Shown here: positions 47,955 through 59,083 of the stretch, piece by piece
How the letters are laid out: every line of letters begins with the position of its first letter
How positions within the stretch are numbered: the stretch's first letter is position 1
NCBI GenBank assembly: GCA_017452545.1
Contig: JAFTME010000069.1
Span: forward strand, 31,980 to 95,979
Direction of reading: 5' to 3'
DNA from: Clostridia bacterium
GTDB lineage: Bacteria; Bacillota; Clostridia; Oscillospirales; CAG-272
Length of the DNA stretch: 64,000 bases
Notes under the pieces: model-generated
Databases searched by the model: none
What the model was told of the DNA's origin: nothing
The model's input: only the letters and a program-made list of their open reading frames with translations
Translations under genes and position numbers: made by a program

Positions 47955-49595
47955 TTAATTCTCTTCCAGTGCCTCGATGATCTCATCGATCGCACATCCT
48001 GTCGGTGTCTTGGGAATCACTTCAGTAATCAGCTCACGCTCCTTGACCTCACGTTGCAAGCAAACCGACAGCGCACCGCGCAAATGATCCTTGGTGTCAT
48101 CGCGATCGATCATCATCAACGAAAAATCATTGTCAAAGCGTAAAATGATCTTGCCGTCCTCGCTGTGGTACGCGCGTGCATTCTTCACAAAGGAGCCCGA
48201 CATGGGATCCTGTGCAGATACACGCTGTACGACCTCTGCCCAGCATTTCACAGGGCGAAGAACGCGCTTGCCGGTCGTATCGACGGGCGAAGCAGCAGTA
48301 GGCTTGGGTTCAGCTGCTTCCACCTGCGGTGCTATATCAGGCGCAGATACTTCAGCAGGTATTTCCTCCGGTGTCTGCTCGGCGGTATTCATCGCCGCCG
48401 GCGCTTCGATCGGAGCGATCTCCGGCGCCGCAGCGCGTCGCCAGCCGCCCGTGATCATTTGCTCCTCCAGCCTTGCGATGCGGGAAAGCAACGCCTCGTT
48501 GCTCGTATTGAGCGCCTCGTCACACATACGGGTCAGCGTGATCTCCGCCGTCACCCGCTTGAGCGCATTGGCGCCCTGCATCGTAATAAACGCCTGATCA
48601 AGCAATCTTTGGTGATACAGAATGGTTTCCTTGGTAAAGAGCGCGCTGACCTCCTTGAGCTGCCGCGATTCCTCGTCGGTCAGATCCAGGTAGGTTGCAT
48701 AGTTTTTGGTCGTTTTCACGACCATGATATCGCGGTAGAGCGCAATCAGATCCTGCCAGAAAACACCAAGATCCTTGGCCGATTGCACGACCTCGTCCAC
48801 CTGTGCATACAAGGCATCGTAGTCGCGTGCGGAAATGGCGCGAACGACACGCAGCATGGTGTCCCGCCCCGTCAAGCCCACTGTATCGTTGACAAGCGCA
48901 GGGGTGATCCTTTGTCTTGCACCGGCGCAAAGCTCAAGCAATGAGATGGCGTCACGCATACCGCCCTGTGCCAGCTTGGCAAGCAGCAGCGCCGCATCGG
49001 GCTCGATCTCAATTCCCTCCTGCTCGGCAATATATAAGAGCCTGTCGCGCAGCACGGGAGTTGCGATCCGTCGGAATTCAAATCGCTGACAACGAGAAAC
49101 AATGGTTGCGGGCAGCTTGTGCATTTCCGTTGTTGCAAGGATAAATACAACGTAAGAGGGCGGCTCCTCCAACGTCTTGAGCAACGCATTAAAGGCGCTG
49201 CCGGACAGCATATGAACCTCGTCGATGATATACACGCGATACTTGAGCATACTGGGCGCGTAAACGACCTCATCACGAATATCGCGAATATTGTCAACGC
49301 CATTGTTAGAGGCAGCGTCCATCTCCAGAACGTCCGTTGCAGCCCCCGCATCGATCGCACGGCAAGAGGCGCAAACGCCGCAGGGCGAGCCGTTTACGGG
49401 CGTCTCACAGTTGACCGCCTTTGCTAAAATTTTGGCACAGGTCGTCTTTCCGGTTCCTCTGGAGCCACAGAAGAGGTATGCGTGACAAAACGCATTATGC
49501 TCTGCTTCATATTTTAAAATGGAGGTAATGTGCTCCTGACCGCGTACGTCGTCAAAGGTCTGCGGTCTCCATTTTCTGTAGAGTGCCTGATGCAT
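47955..49595 (-). CDS. dnaX: DNA polymerase III subunits gamma/tau
   Basis: Walker A GSRGTGKTT, zinc module CGVCASC, SRC motif. Confidence 0.93.
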   Translation of the reverse strand: MHQALYRKWRPQTFDDVRGQEHITSILKYEAEHNAFCHAYLFCGSRGTGKTTCAKILAKAVNCETPVNGSPCGVCASCRAIDAGAATDVLEMDAASNNGVDNIRDIRDEVVYAPSMLKYRVYIIDEVHMLSGSAFNALLKTLEEPPSYVVFILATTEMHKLPATIVSRCQRFEFRRIATPVLRDRLLYIAEQEGIEIEPDAALLLAKLAQGGMRDAISLLELCAGARQRITPALVNDTVGLTGRDTMLRVVRAISARDYDALYAQVDEVVQSAKDLGVFWQDLIALYRDIMVVKTTKNYATYLDLTDEESRQLKEVSALFTKETILYHQRLLDQAFITMQGANALKRVTAEITLTRMCDEALNTSNEALLSRIARLEEQMITGGWRRAAAPEIAPIEAPAAMNTAEQTPEEIPAEVSAPDIAPQVEAAEPKPTAASPVDTTGKRVLRPVKCWAEVVQRVSAQDPMSGSFVKNARAYHSEDGKIILRFDNDFSLMMIDRDDTKDHLRGALSVCLQREVKERELITEVIPKTPTGCAIDEIIEALEEN

Positions 49596-49641
49596 AACGT
49601 CAGCATCCTTTCTGAAAAATCAAACCAAAGTAAATATCTCC

Positions 49642-50481
49642 TTACGCCTCAACCAAAGCGCGCAGATAGCGACCGCCGGCATCCAGCGCAGGAAGATTGT
49701 CCTCCATGCCCTCAAACTCAAGCGAGAGCGTCGCATCATATCCGCTCTTGCGCAAGTAATCCACACAAGCGGCAACCGGCACCGCGCCGTGACCGACAAC
49801 AGTACCGCGAAGGTAGTTTCCGTTACGTGTTCCGAAGAAATTGGTAGGCGGAACAGCGTCGGATTTCATTTTATAAAGGAAGTCCTTGGCGTGAACGTGA
49901 ATGGCATAGGGAGCGGCAACCATGACCGCCTGCAGCGGATCCTCATCAACGCAAAGGAAGTTGCCGATATCGACCAGCCAACGATAATTCTCGTCATCCA
50001 CACGGTCGATCAGCGTTTTTACGCGAATGCTGTCCTGGAAAATATATCCGTGGTTTTCCGAGCAGGTACGAATGCCCTTTTCCTTGGCGTATGCGGTGAT
50101 CTCACGGATACGCGGAACCATAATCTCGACCGCCTCTGTCCAGTCCATCCCCTCGGGCAAGGAATAGCAAACGTCGTGACGAAGCAGCGGCGCACCGAGA
50201 GCCTCGGCTACGTCAATGCAGAAAAACAGATTGGCGCGCGTCTGCTCGAAATCGGCACGGAGAAGATCGGCACCGACGGTGTAGGCAGAGATCTCCAGCC
50301 CCAGCGCTGCACATTCCTCACGAATGGCATGCGCCTCGGCAATCGGGTCCTCAGCATCCAGATTGATAAATTCAATGGCATCAAAGCCCATGTCCTTTGC
50401 CATGCGACACATTTCTATGTAGGTGCAGCCGCTTTGTCTGCGGTGCTTATTGAAGCTATAGCTGCTGACTCCGATCTTCAT
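49642..50481 (-). CDS. Sugar phosphate isomerase/epimerase (xylose-isomerase-like TIM barrel)
   Basis: The true start is MKIGVSSYSF, with a GGAGGA RBS 8 nt upstream of the ATG at 50481. AP-endonuclease-2/TIM-barrel pattern. The upstream 46 codons of the track ORF overlap the SRP RNA. Confidence 0.85.
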   Translation of the reverse strand: MKIGVSSYSFNKHRRQSGCTYIEMCRMAKDMGFDAIEFINLDAEDPIAEAHAIREECAALGLEISAYTVGADLLRADFEQTRANLFFCIDVAEALGAPLLRHDVCYSLPEGMDWTEAVEIMVPRIREITAYAKEKGIRTCSENHGYIFQDSIRVKTLIDRVDDENYRWLVDIGNFLCVDEDPLQAVMVAAPYAIHVHAKDFLYKMKSDAVPPTNFFGTRNGNYLRGTVVGHGAVPVAACVDYLRKSGYDATLSLEFEGMEDNLPALDAGGRYLRALVEA

Positions 50482-50512
50482 ACCGTGGATCCTCCGTACA
50501 GTCATATTCATG

Positions 50513-50837
50513 AAAAAAAGCACGCCGTGCTGCAAAACGAGACCATACACCTCAAAATCGAACGTCACCCCCACGCGATACCGCAACCTCTGCTCAAAGC
50601 AGGCTGCCTTGCGGCACACCGGATCAACTGCTTAATGCTGCTTGGTTCCCCACCTGACATGGTTCACAGCCTCCGATTGCGCAAGACCCGCTTCTCAACA
50701 CAGCGGTTAACGGCTCGTCCGTAAAGGATCGGCCCTCAGAAGAGGAATCACCCCCTGCTGTAGCGGATTTCAGGTACAGGGCTCCGCTGCTTCCCCGGCT
50801 GGTATGGCCTCGTTTCGCAGCACGACGCTGCTCACAA
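50513..50837 (-). ncRNA. ffs: Signal recognition particle RNA, long Bacillus type with Alu domain (precursor-length transcript)
   Basis: On the minus strand, helix-8 motif GUCAGGUGGGGAACCAAGCAGC (50647-50668) plus GGUGUGCCG. The Alu-domain stretch AGCCGGGGAAGCAGCGGAGCCCUGUACCUGAAAUCCGCUACAGCAGGGGG (50751-50800) closely resembles B. subtilis scRNA. The 5' (50801-50823) and 3' (50527-50551) ends pair. A U7 run follows. Confidence 0.85.
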
Positions 50838-50842
50838 GGTAT

Positions 50843-50871
50843 ATTATAACAGATTTAAACGACTTTTGCAA
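50843..50871 (-). promoter_or_regulatory. Sigma-A promoter of the SRP RNA gene
   Basis: On the minus strand: TTGCAA (50871-50866), 17-nt spacer, TATAAT (50848-50843). Confidence 0.7.
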
Positions 50872-50923
50872 GTCTTTTTTCAAATTTATTTTTATAGGAT
50901 AAGAATTCCCAAATCATCGGATT

Positions 50924-53320
50924 TTATTCCCGATCCTCTTCTTGATGCGCCGCCCGGATCAAAAGTACGCTCGGCTCATCAGCGGCTACAATCAACGTCG
51001 CACCATCAAGTGCTGCGGCGGTCTCGGCATTGTAGGTCAAGGCAGCCGCAACCTCCGTTTTTGAAATCAAGAGATATTGCAGCTCCTCCGACCACGCCGT
51101 CAGCACAAGCGGCTGCTTGATCAGCGGACCGTGTCCGCCTAAAATGACCGCTTGACTCTGCCGCAGCATATCATCAAAGCGAAGAGCAATTTGCTCGGTT
51201 TCGTGCGTCGAGGCGCCAAAATAGGTCACGCACCGAGGCTGCTCACTTCCCTTTGGTATACAATACCAGGACAGCGCAAGCGCAGGATGCTCCGAGCGAT
51301 CGATCATCTCATAGTGAAGCGCTCTCAGACAGATCCGATCAAACGCCACCGTTTCCTCCGGTGAGAAAAACTCCACGTTGACTCTGTTTTCCCCGGCGAT
51401 CTCCACCAGCACGCGTGCAATCCCCTCGTCGCGCACCGCCTTCTCCTGTTCACAATACGGCATAGTCAACGGCAAATACAGCGTACGAACCTTGGTGGCG
51501 GCAAACAGCTTTTCCATGCTTGAAATATGCTTGTTGTGATAATGCGTCAGCACCACGGCATCCAACTCCGTATGCTGCTTTGATATTCCGTCGGCAAGCA
51601 ATAAAGAATAGGCGCTGTAGCTGCCGTCGCTGATATCACACAGTACGGCAGTGCTCCCATGCGTAAGCAACAGCAGTTCGCTGTTCCCTTTTGCTGCGTG
51701 CTCTGTCATCAGCATATCATCTCCACGCCCGAGCGTCGTGCCGTAAAGCAGACAAAACGCAAGCAAAAATGTACAAGGAATGACACCCAGCAACCGTTTC
51801 CGCTTGACCTTGATCAGTAAGAAAACGGCAAAAACAACGGCAAACAGCGGAAGCAGCCATCGGCAAAAATCAAAGCGCAAGGAAACGACCGTATCGCCAA
51901 GATCAGAAAAATTCGCCGCAAGGCGCAGCATCAGCGTGGCGGTCGCCTGCATGGCGTGCGCAATCCAACCGCACCAAAATTCCGCCACTATCCATCCGCC
52001 GAGTAAGGACAGCGGGAGCAACAGCAAGCCAAGAATAAGCAAAAGCGCCGTGAGCGGTGTCAGCAAAAGCGTGGAAAGCGGCGACAGCAGCGCAATCTCC
52101 CCAAAAATCAGCCACATCGGTACGATCAGCACCGCCATGATCAAAAGCGACGCTCCAAGCGATGTCAGTACCCGATGAGACAACGTCCGAGGCTTCTTCT
52201 GCTCGGCTTTCTCTCCAAAAGACGGAATGACACCGACCAATACAAACGCCGCAAGCGAGGACAGCCACAACGCCGCATCGTACAGCATGTAGGGCTCAAC
52301 GGCGATACAACCGGCAAAAAACAAGGAGAGCGAAGTCAATGAGTCAGACGGTCGTCCGCACCGATGCGCCAAATTGAGATAAAGCAGCATGACCGTAGCG
52401 CGCAGCGTCGATACCGAACAGCCGGTCAAAAACAGATAAAATACTGCAAACAGCGAAACCAGCGCGATCCGAACGCCGTACGGAACACGCGTTTTCAACA
52501 AAAGCCAAGAAAACAAGCCGACGATAATGCTCAAATGTAAACCACTGAGCGCCAGCAAATGTGAAGCGCCGCTGCGACGGAAATCCAGCGTCGTCAAGCC
52601 GTCCAGCTGCGACTTATCCCCAAGCAACAGCGCAGCACTCAAGGCACCTGCCTGCCCGTCCACGCGCTCCGTGATCTCAAGCGACAAGCGCTGCTGAAGC
52701 ACAGCTGCAGCAAGCCTGATCGACGGCAGCAGCCGCGTACCTTTGCCATCGCTTGTGATACTGAGACAATCCTGCGCGCTCACCATCGTTGCAAGAAAAC
52801 GGCAGCCGTCCGAAAGCCGCGCCCGCTTGATCGTTGGCTCCTCATCAACCTCCCGCAGATCCTGCAGCAGCACCTGCGCGGTAAAGCGATCACCGATTTG
52901 AAGAGAGGAAAGAAATTCGCACGCAAGATAAGCCTTTTGACTGCAGCTTTGCTCACCAATGCGGTCGATATGAACGGTAAATCCGGTTCGATAATTGCTG
53001 CCATACTCCCGCGTGAGCACAGTGCCGTGAATGATTTCCGTTTGCTCTGCATATACTTCTACCGATCGCTGCAGCGCCCTCTCACGTAAAAGCATCGCAC
53101 CAGAGGCAAGCAGCACGGATAAGCAAAGAAAAGAGGCAAACAACGCCTTTATGCGACGTCGCTTTACAACGCCAAGCGCGAGAAGCAGCAGAGCAAGCAA
53201 AGCGGCAGCCAAAGCCACGATCCAAGCATACGAACGAAGTGTATCGCGTAAACAAAGCGCCGTCGTCAAAATAAACAGCCAGCAAAAGCAGCATAAAGGT
53301 ATCCGTATGCCGATGCCCAT
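50924..53320 (-). CDS. comEC: DNA internalization competence protein ComEC/Rec2
   Basis: 798 aa. Polytopic competence domain plus a C-terminal metallo-beta-lactamase-like domain (VVLTHYHNKH). Confidence 0.9.
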   Translation of the reverse strand: MGIGIRIPLCCFCWLFILTTALCLRDTLRSYAWIVALAAALLALLLLALGVVKRRRIKALFASFLCLSVLLASGAMLLRERALQRSVEVYAEQTEIIHGTVLTREYGSNYRTGFTVHIDRIGEQSCSQKAYLACEFLSSLQIGDRFTAQVLLQDLREVDEEPTIKRARLSDGCRFLATMVSAQDCLSITSDGKGTRLLPSIRLAAAVLQQRLSLEITERVDGQAGALSAALLLGDKSQLDGLTTLDFRRSGASHLLALSGLHLSIIVGLFSWLLLKTRVPYGVRIALVSLFAVFYLFLTGCSVSTLRATVMLLYLNLAHRCGRPSDSLTSLSLFFAGCIAVEPYMLYDAALWLSSLAAFVLVGVIPSFGEKAEQKKPRTLSHRVLTSLGASLLIMAVLIVPMWLIFGEIALLSPLSTLLLTPLTALLLILGLLLLPLSLLGGWIVAEFWCGWIAHAMQATATLMLRLAANFSDLGDTVVSLRFDFCRWLLPLFAVVFAVFLLIKVKRKRLLGVIPCTFLLAFCLLYGTTLGRGDDMLMTEHAAKGNSELLLLTHGSTAVLCDISDGSYSAYSLLLADGISKQHTELDAVVLTHYHNKHISSMEKLFAATKVRTLYLPLTMPYCEQEKAVRDEGIARVLVEIAGENRVNVEFFSPEETVAFDRICLRALHYEMIDRSEHPALALSWYCIPKGSEQPRCVTYFGASTHETEQIALRFDDMLRQSQAVILGGHGPLIKQPLVLTAWSEELQYLLISKTEVAAALTYNAETAAALDGATLIVAADEPSVLLIRAAHQEEDRE

Positions 53321-53443
53321 GCTCTCGCCTCCTTCCGTATCCTTTTGCGCATAATCTGCTTACACTTTATCACAAATTCAGAAAAAAATCAACACAATCG
53401 GCAAAAAAACGATCAAATTCTTACGCATATTGGAAAAATACTC

Positions 53444-53472
53444 TTGACAAACCCTGCCAAATACGCTATAAT
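53444..53472 (+). promoter_or_regulatory. Consensus sigma-A promoter upstream of the orphan ACP gene
   Basis: TTGACA (53444-53449), exactly 17 nt of spacer, TATAAT (53467-53472). Confidence 0.7.
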
Positions 53473-53550
53473 GTACAAGGCTCATTGAGGCTATCGCTGA
53501 TAACCTCGGATTGATTATCTATTCGTAACAAATTTTTGGAGGATACAAAA

Positions 53551-53775
53551 ATGTTTGAAACTTTTAAGAATCTGCTCGTCGAAGAGCTGCAGCTGGATGA
53601 GGATGCGATCACCATGGAGGCCGAGCTGAAGGGCGATCTCGGTATCAACTCGATCGAGCAGTACGAGCTCGCTATGATGTGCGAGGATAAGTTTGGCGTT
53701 GAGATCGACGACGAGGAGTTCCATAAGTTCGTTACCATCGGTGACGTCGTTAACTATCTCGAGGCTCACAAGTAA
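53551..53775 (+). CDS. Acyl carrier protein (stand-alone)
   Basis: 74 aa. GGAGG RBS. Four-helix ACP pattern with the phosphopantetheine Ser in GDLGINSIEQYEL. Acidic. Confidence 0.8.
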   Translation: MFETFKNLLVEELQLDEDAITMEAELKGDLGINSIEQYELAMMCEDKFGVEIDDEEFHKFVTIGDVVNYLEAHK

Positions 53776-53790
53776 TTCAAAACATAGAAA

Positions 53791-53818
53791 AGAACTGCCA
53801 TCCGGCAGTTCTTTTTTT
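53791..53818 (+). terminator. Intrinsic terminator after the ACP gene
   Basis: AGAACTGCC-ATCC-GGCAGTTCT followed by T7. Confidence 0.8.
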
Positions 53819-53828
53819 CACAAAATGC

Positions 53829-53866
53829 AAAAAGAGTGCACGCGCCGCAGCGCGTGCACTCTTTTT
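53829..53866. terminator. Bidirectional terminator (serves guaB on the minus strand)
   Basis: GAGTGCACGCGC-CGCA-GCGCGTGCACTC, flanked by A5 and T5. Confidence 0.8.
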
Positions 53867-53871
53867 GCTTA

Positions 53872-56305
<2,434 letters not shown>

Positions 56306-56367
56306 TTTTTTAATGGTTTTGTGATACAATGGTAGTACCTGATCAAGCAAGAGAAAGGTGATACAGA

Positions 56368-57759
56368 ATGAAAGGTACCAAAACCATTTACATATGCTCC
56401 GAGTGCGAGCAAAAAAGCCCCAAATGGATGGGAAAATGTCCCTCCTGCGGAGCTTGGAACAGCTTTGTCGAGGACGTCATCGCAGTAAAGCCCACTGCGA
56501 CCGAGAGCGCAGCCCGTCGCACCTCCATGCAGCTGTCCTCCGAAAGCGTCGCGCGCCCCTACAACGAAGTCGATATTCCCACCTATATGCGCTGCCCGAC
56601 CGGCATGAACGAGCTTGACCGCGTGCTTGGCGGCGGGGGCTTAGTCACAGGCTCCGTCATTTTACTCTCGGGTGAGCCCGGCATCGGTAAGTCCACGCTG
56701 CTTATGCAGATCTGTGATGCGCTGGGCGAGGGGCATCGCGTGCTCTACGTTTCGGGCGAGGAATCCACGGGACAGTTGAAAATGCGTGCCAAGCGCCTTG
56801 GCGTCAAGGGCAACAATCTCTTCATCCTGACCGAAACACACCTGGAGCGCATCCTCTCCGAGGCTGACAAGGTCAAGCCTGACGTGATGATCGTCGACTC
56901 TGTGCAGACGATATATTCCGATTCCTCTAACTCCACCGCAGGCAGCGTCACGCAGGTACGCGAGTGCACGCTTTCCTTTATCTGTAAAGCGAAAAACGAG
57001 GGCATTTCCGTCATTCTCGTCGGTCACGTCAATAAGGAAGGCGGCATCGCAGGTCCTAAGGTGCTGGAGCATATGGTCGACGCCGTCCTGTATTTCGAGG
57101 GTGAACGGCAGCAGTCCTACCGTATCATCCGTGCCATGAAAAACCGTTACGGCTCCACCAATGAGATCGGCGTATTTGAAATGACCGACACGGGGCTGTG
57201 CGAGGTGGCAAACCCCTCGGAGATGCTGTTGGCAGGTCGCCCGACTAACATCTCGGGCAACTGTGCCGTCTGTACCATGGAGGGCACCCGCCCGCTCATC
57301 GCAGAGGTGCAAGCGCTGGTCACCCCCACCGTTTTTCCCGCGCCCCGTCGCACCAATAACGGTATCGACTATAACCGCGTCTGTCTCATCCTCGCCGTCC
57401 TGGAAAAGCGACTCGGTCAACGCTTCTCGCAAAACGACGTCTATCTCAACGTCATCGGCGGTCTGCATATCGACGAGCCCGCCTCGGATACCGCCGTTGC
57501 GCTTGCGCTGATCTCCTCGCTGACCGACCGTGTCATTCCCGATGACCTGGTCGCCATTGGCGAGCTTGGGCTTGCAGGTGAGTGTCGCGCCGTCTCCAAT
57601 CTGGAGCTGCGCGTCAAGGAGGCTGCGCGACTTGGCTTCCGCCGCGCCATCATTCCCTACCGTAACATTGAAAAGCGTAAATTTGAATGCGAGGGCATCG
57701 AGCTGATCCCCATCCGTACCATTTTCGAAACGCTCAGCATTCTCAAGGATCATTCATAA
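56368..57759 (+). CDS. radA: DNA repair protein RadA/Sms
   Basis: Zn finger CSECEQ...CPSCGAWNSF, Walker A GEPGIGKST, KNRYG motif, Lon-like C-terminal domain. Confidence 0.95.
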   Translation: MKGTKTIYICSECEQKSPKWMGKCPSCGAWNSFVEDVIAVKPTATESAARRTSMQLSSESVARPYNEVDIPTYMRCPTGMNELDRVLGGGGLVTGSVILLSGEPGIGKSTLLMQICDALGEGHRVLYVSGEESTGQLKMRAKRLGVKGNNLFILTETHLERILSEADKVKPDVMIVDSVQTIYSDSSNSTAGSVTQVRECTLSFICKAKNEGISVILVGHVNKEGGIAGPKVLEHMVDAVLYFEGERQQSYRIIRAMKNRYGSTNEIGVFEMTDTGLCEVANPSEMLLAGRPTNISGNCAVCTMEGTRPLIAEVQALVTPTVFPAPRRTNNGIDYNRVCLILAVLEKRLGQRFSQNDVYLNVIGGLHIDEPASDTAVALALISSLTDRVIPDDLVAIGELGLAGECRAVSNLELRVKEAARLGFRRAIIPYRNIEKRKFECEGIELIPIRTIFETLSILKDHS

Positions 57760-57773
57760 AGGATTTTAACATC

Positions 57774-58532
57774 ATGGACGTAACAAAACCGCTATATCTT
57801 TTTTTCGACCTTGACGGTACCGTGCTCGTCAACGCCAAGCTGCCGCAGGAGCACCTGGACGCCATGAAATGGGCGCAATCCAAGGGGCATAAGCTGATCC
57901 TGAATACCGGTCGCTCGCGCGGCGGCTATAAGCGCGTACCGCAAGCCGAGGCCGTTCCGTGGGACGGCAGATGCTTCAGCGCTGCCGAGATCTCCTTCGA
58001 GGATCGCCTGATCAGCCTGAAAACGGTCAGCGAGCAGGATTTTCGCATTTGGCTGGAATATTGCCTTGAGCATCGCTTCCGCCTGGCATACTGTGGCCGC
58101 GAGTGGCTGGAGTTTTTGGACTACGATCAATACAAGCAACCTCTGACCGAAGAACAAAAACACCTTCTTCGTAAGGAGGCCATGACACTTTTCCGCGAAA
58201 ATCCGCTGACGAACGTATCCATCCATACCATGCTCGATCCATCCACCTTTCCCGAAAGCGGACTTGTTCCCATTCAGCTGCCGGGCTATGCCGATCTGTT
58301 CCCCGACGGCTGCAGTAAGGGCAACGTCATTCTGGATTTCTGCCGCGAGCTCAACGTTCCCATTGAACAGTGCGTCTGCTTTGGTGACAGCCCCAACGAC
58401 ATCGATATGTTCCGCGTTTGCCCCACCGGCATCTGCATGAAATGGGCACCGCCCGAGCTTTCCTCCATCGCTACCTATCACGCCAAAACCGAATTCGGCG
58501 TAGCGGAGGGGATCCATTATCTGTTAGATTGA
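57774..58532 (+). CDS. HAD-superfamily hydrolase, Cof-like
   Basis: Motif I FFDLDGTV and motif IV GDSPNDIDMF. The start was chosen at MDVTKPLY (the track ORF begins inside radA). Confidence 0.85.
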   Translation: MDVTKPLYLFFDLDGTVLVNAKLPQEHLDAMKWAQSKGHKLILNTGRSRGGYKRVPQAEAVPWDGRCFSAAEISFEDRLISLKTVSEQDFRIWLEYCLEHRFRLAYCGREWLEFLDYDQYKQPLTEEQKHLLRKEAMTLFRENPLTNVSIHTMLDPSTFPESGLVPIQLPGYADLFPDGCSKGNVILDFCRELNVPIEQCVCFGDSPNDIDMFRVCPTGICMKWAPPELSSIATYHAKTEFGVAEGIHYLLD

Positions 58533-58540
58533 ATCAAGCA

Positions 58541-58580
58541 AAAAGATCCGTGAGGACTCCCTGTTCCTCACGGATCTTTT
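58541..58580. terminator. Bidirectional terminator
   Basis: GATCCGTGAGGA (58545-58556), 8-nt loop, TCCTCACGGATC (58565-58576). Flanked by A4 and T4. Confidence 0.8.
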
Positions 58581-59083
58581 TATACTGCGGAAAAATACTT
58601 TTTTAAGGCACAAACGTGCATGAAAAAGAAGCTTTCCGGGTGCTGTTGCAGCAGCTCGCACACCGTCTGCCGCGGTACCCAGCCGATGTCCCGCGTTTCC
58701 TCTGTGCAAGGCAGCGGCTCTCCCTCGGCACGGCATACAAAGGTATGCAAAACAATGGAATAAGCGCCGCACAGATTTTGTGTCGTGCAAAAAGAGGAAA
58801 AAGCAACGGTCCTCACGCCTTCAACGTCAATCTCCACCGCCTGTGCTTCTCCGTCGATCTCGGTCACACGCAAGCCCGTTTCCTCCCATACCTCGCGGCG
58901 CAGCGCATCATACACCCCTTCGTATTCACGCAGCTTTCCTGCGGGCAGCTCAAGCTTACCGTTGGTGTCTCCGCCGCCCGGCTTATCCCGGGTTTGCAGC
59001 AGTATACAGGGTACGCCATCGACCTCTCTTTCAATAATTGCCCCCACGCAAGGGATGGCAAAGCGTTCCGTCATCGTTTCCAT
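58580..59083 (-). CDS. NUDIX hydrolase
   Basis: Nudix box GKLREYEGVYDALRREVWEETGL. The ATG at 59083 overlaps the polA stop (TGATG). Confidence 0.85.
   Translation of the reverse strand: METMTERFAIPCVGAIIEREVDGVPCILLQTRDKPGGGDTNGKLELPAGKLREYEGVYDALRREVWEETGLRVTEIDGEAQAVEIDVEGVRTVAFSSFCTTQNLCGAYSIVLHTFVCRAEGEPLPCTEETRDIGWVPRQTVCELLQQHPESFFFMHVCALKKYFSAV

Noticed and set aside
47955-49595. Checked dnaX for a programmed -1 frameshift site (A AAA AAG-type slippery heptamer plus hairpin), as in E. coli gamma/tau.
   Set aside because: I saw no slippery heptamer in the appropriate region. The single full-length ORF is consistent with Firmicutes dnaX.
50482-50619. N-terminal 46-codon extension of the sugar-phosphate isomerase ORF (track ORF 49642..50619).
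   Set aside because: The extension lies over the 3' half of the SRP RNA and its U-tract. A GGAGGA RBS precedes the internal ATG at 50481, which begins the conserved MKIGVSSYSF TIM-barrel N-terminus.
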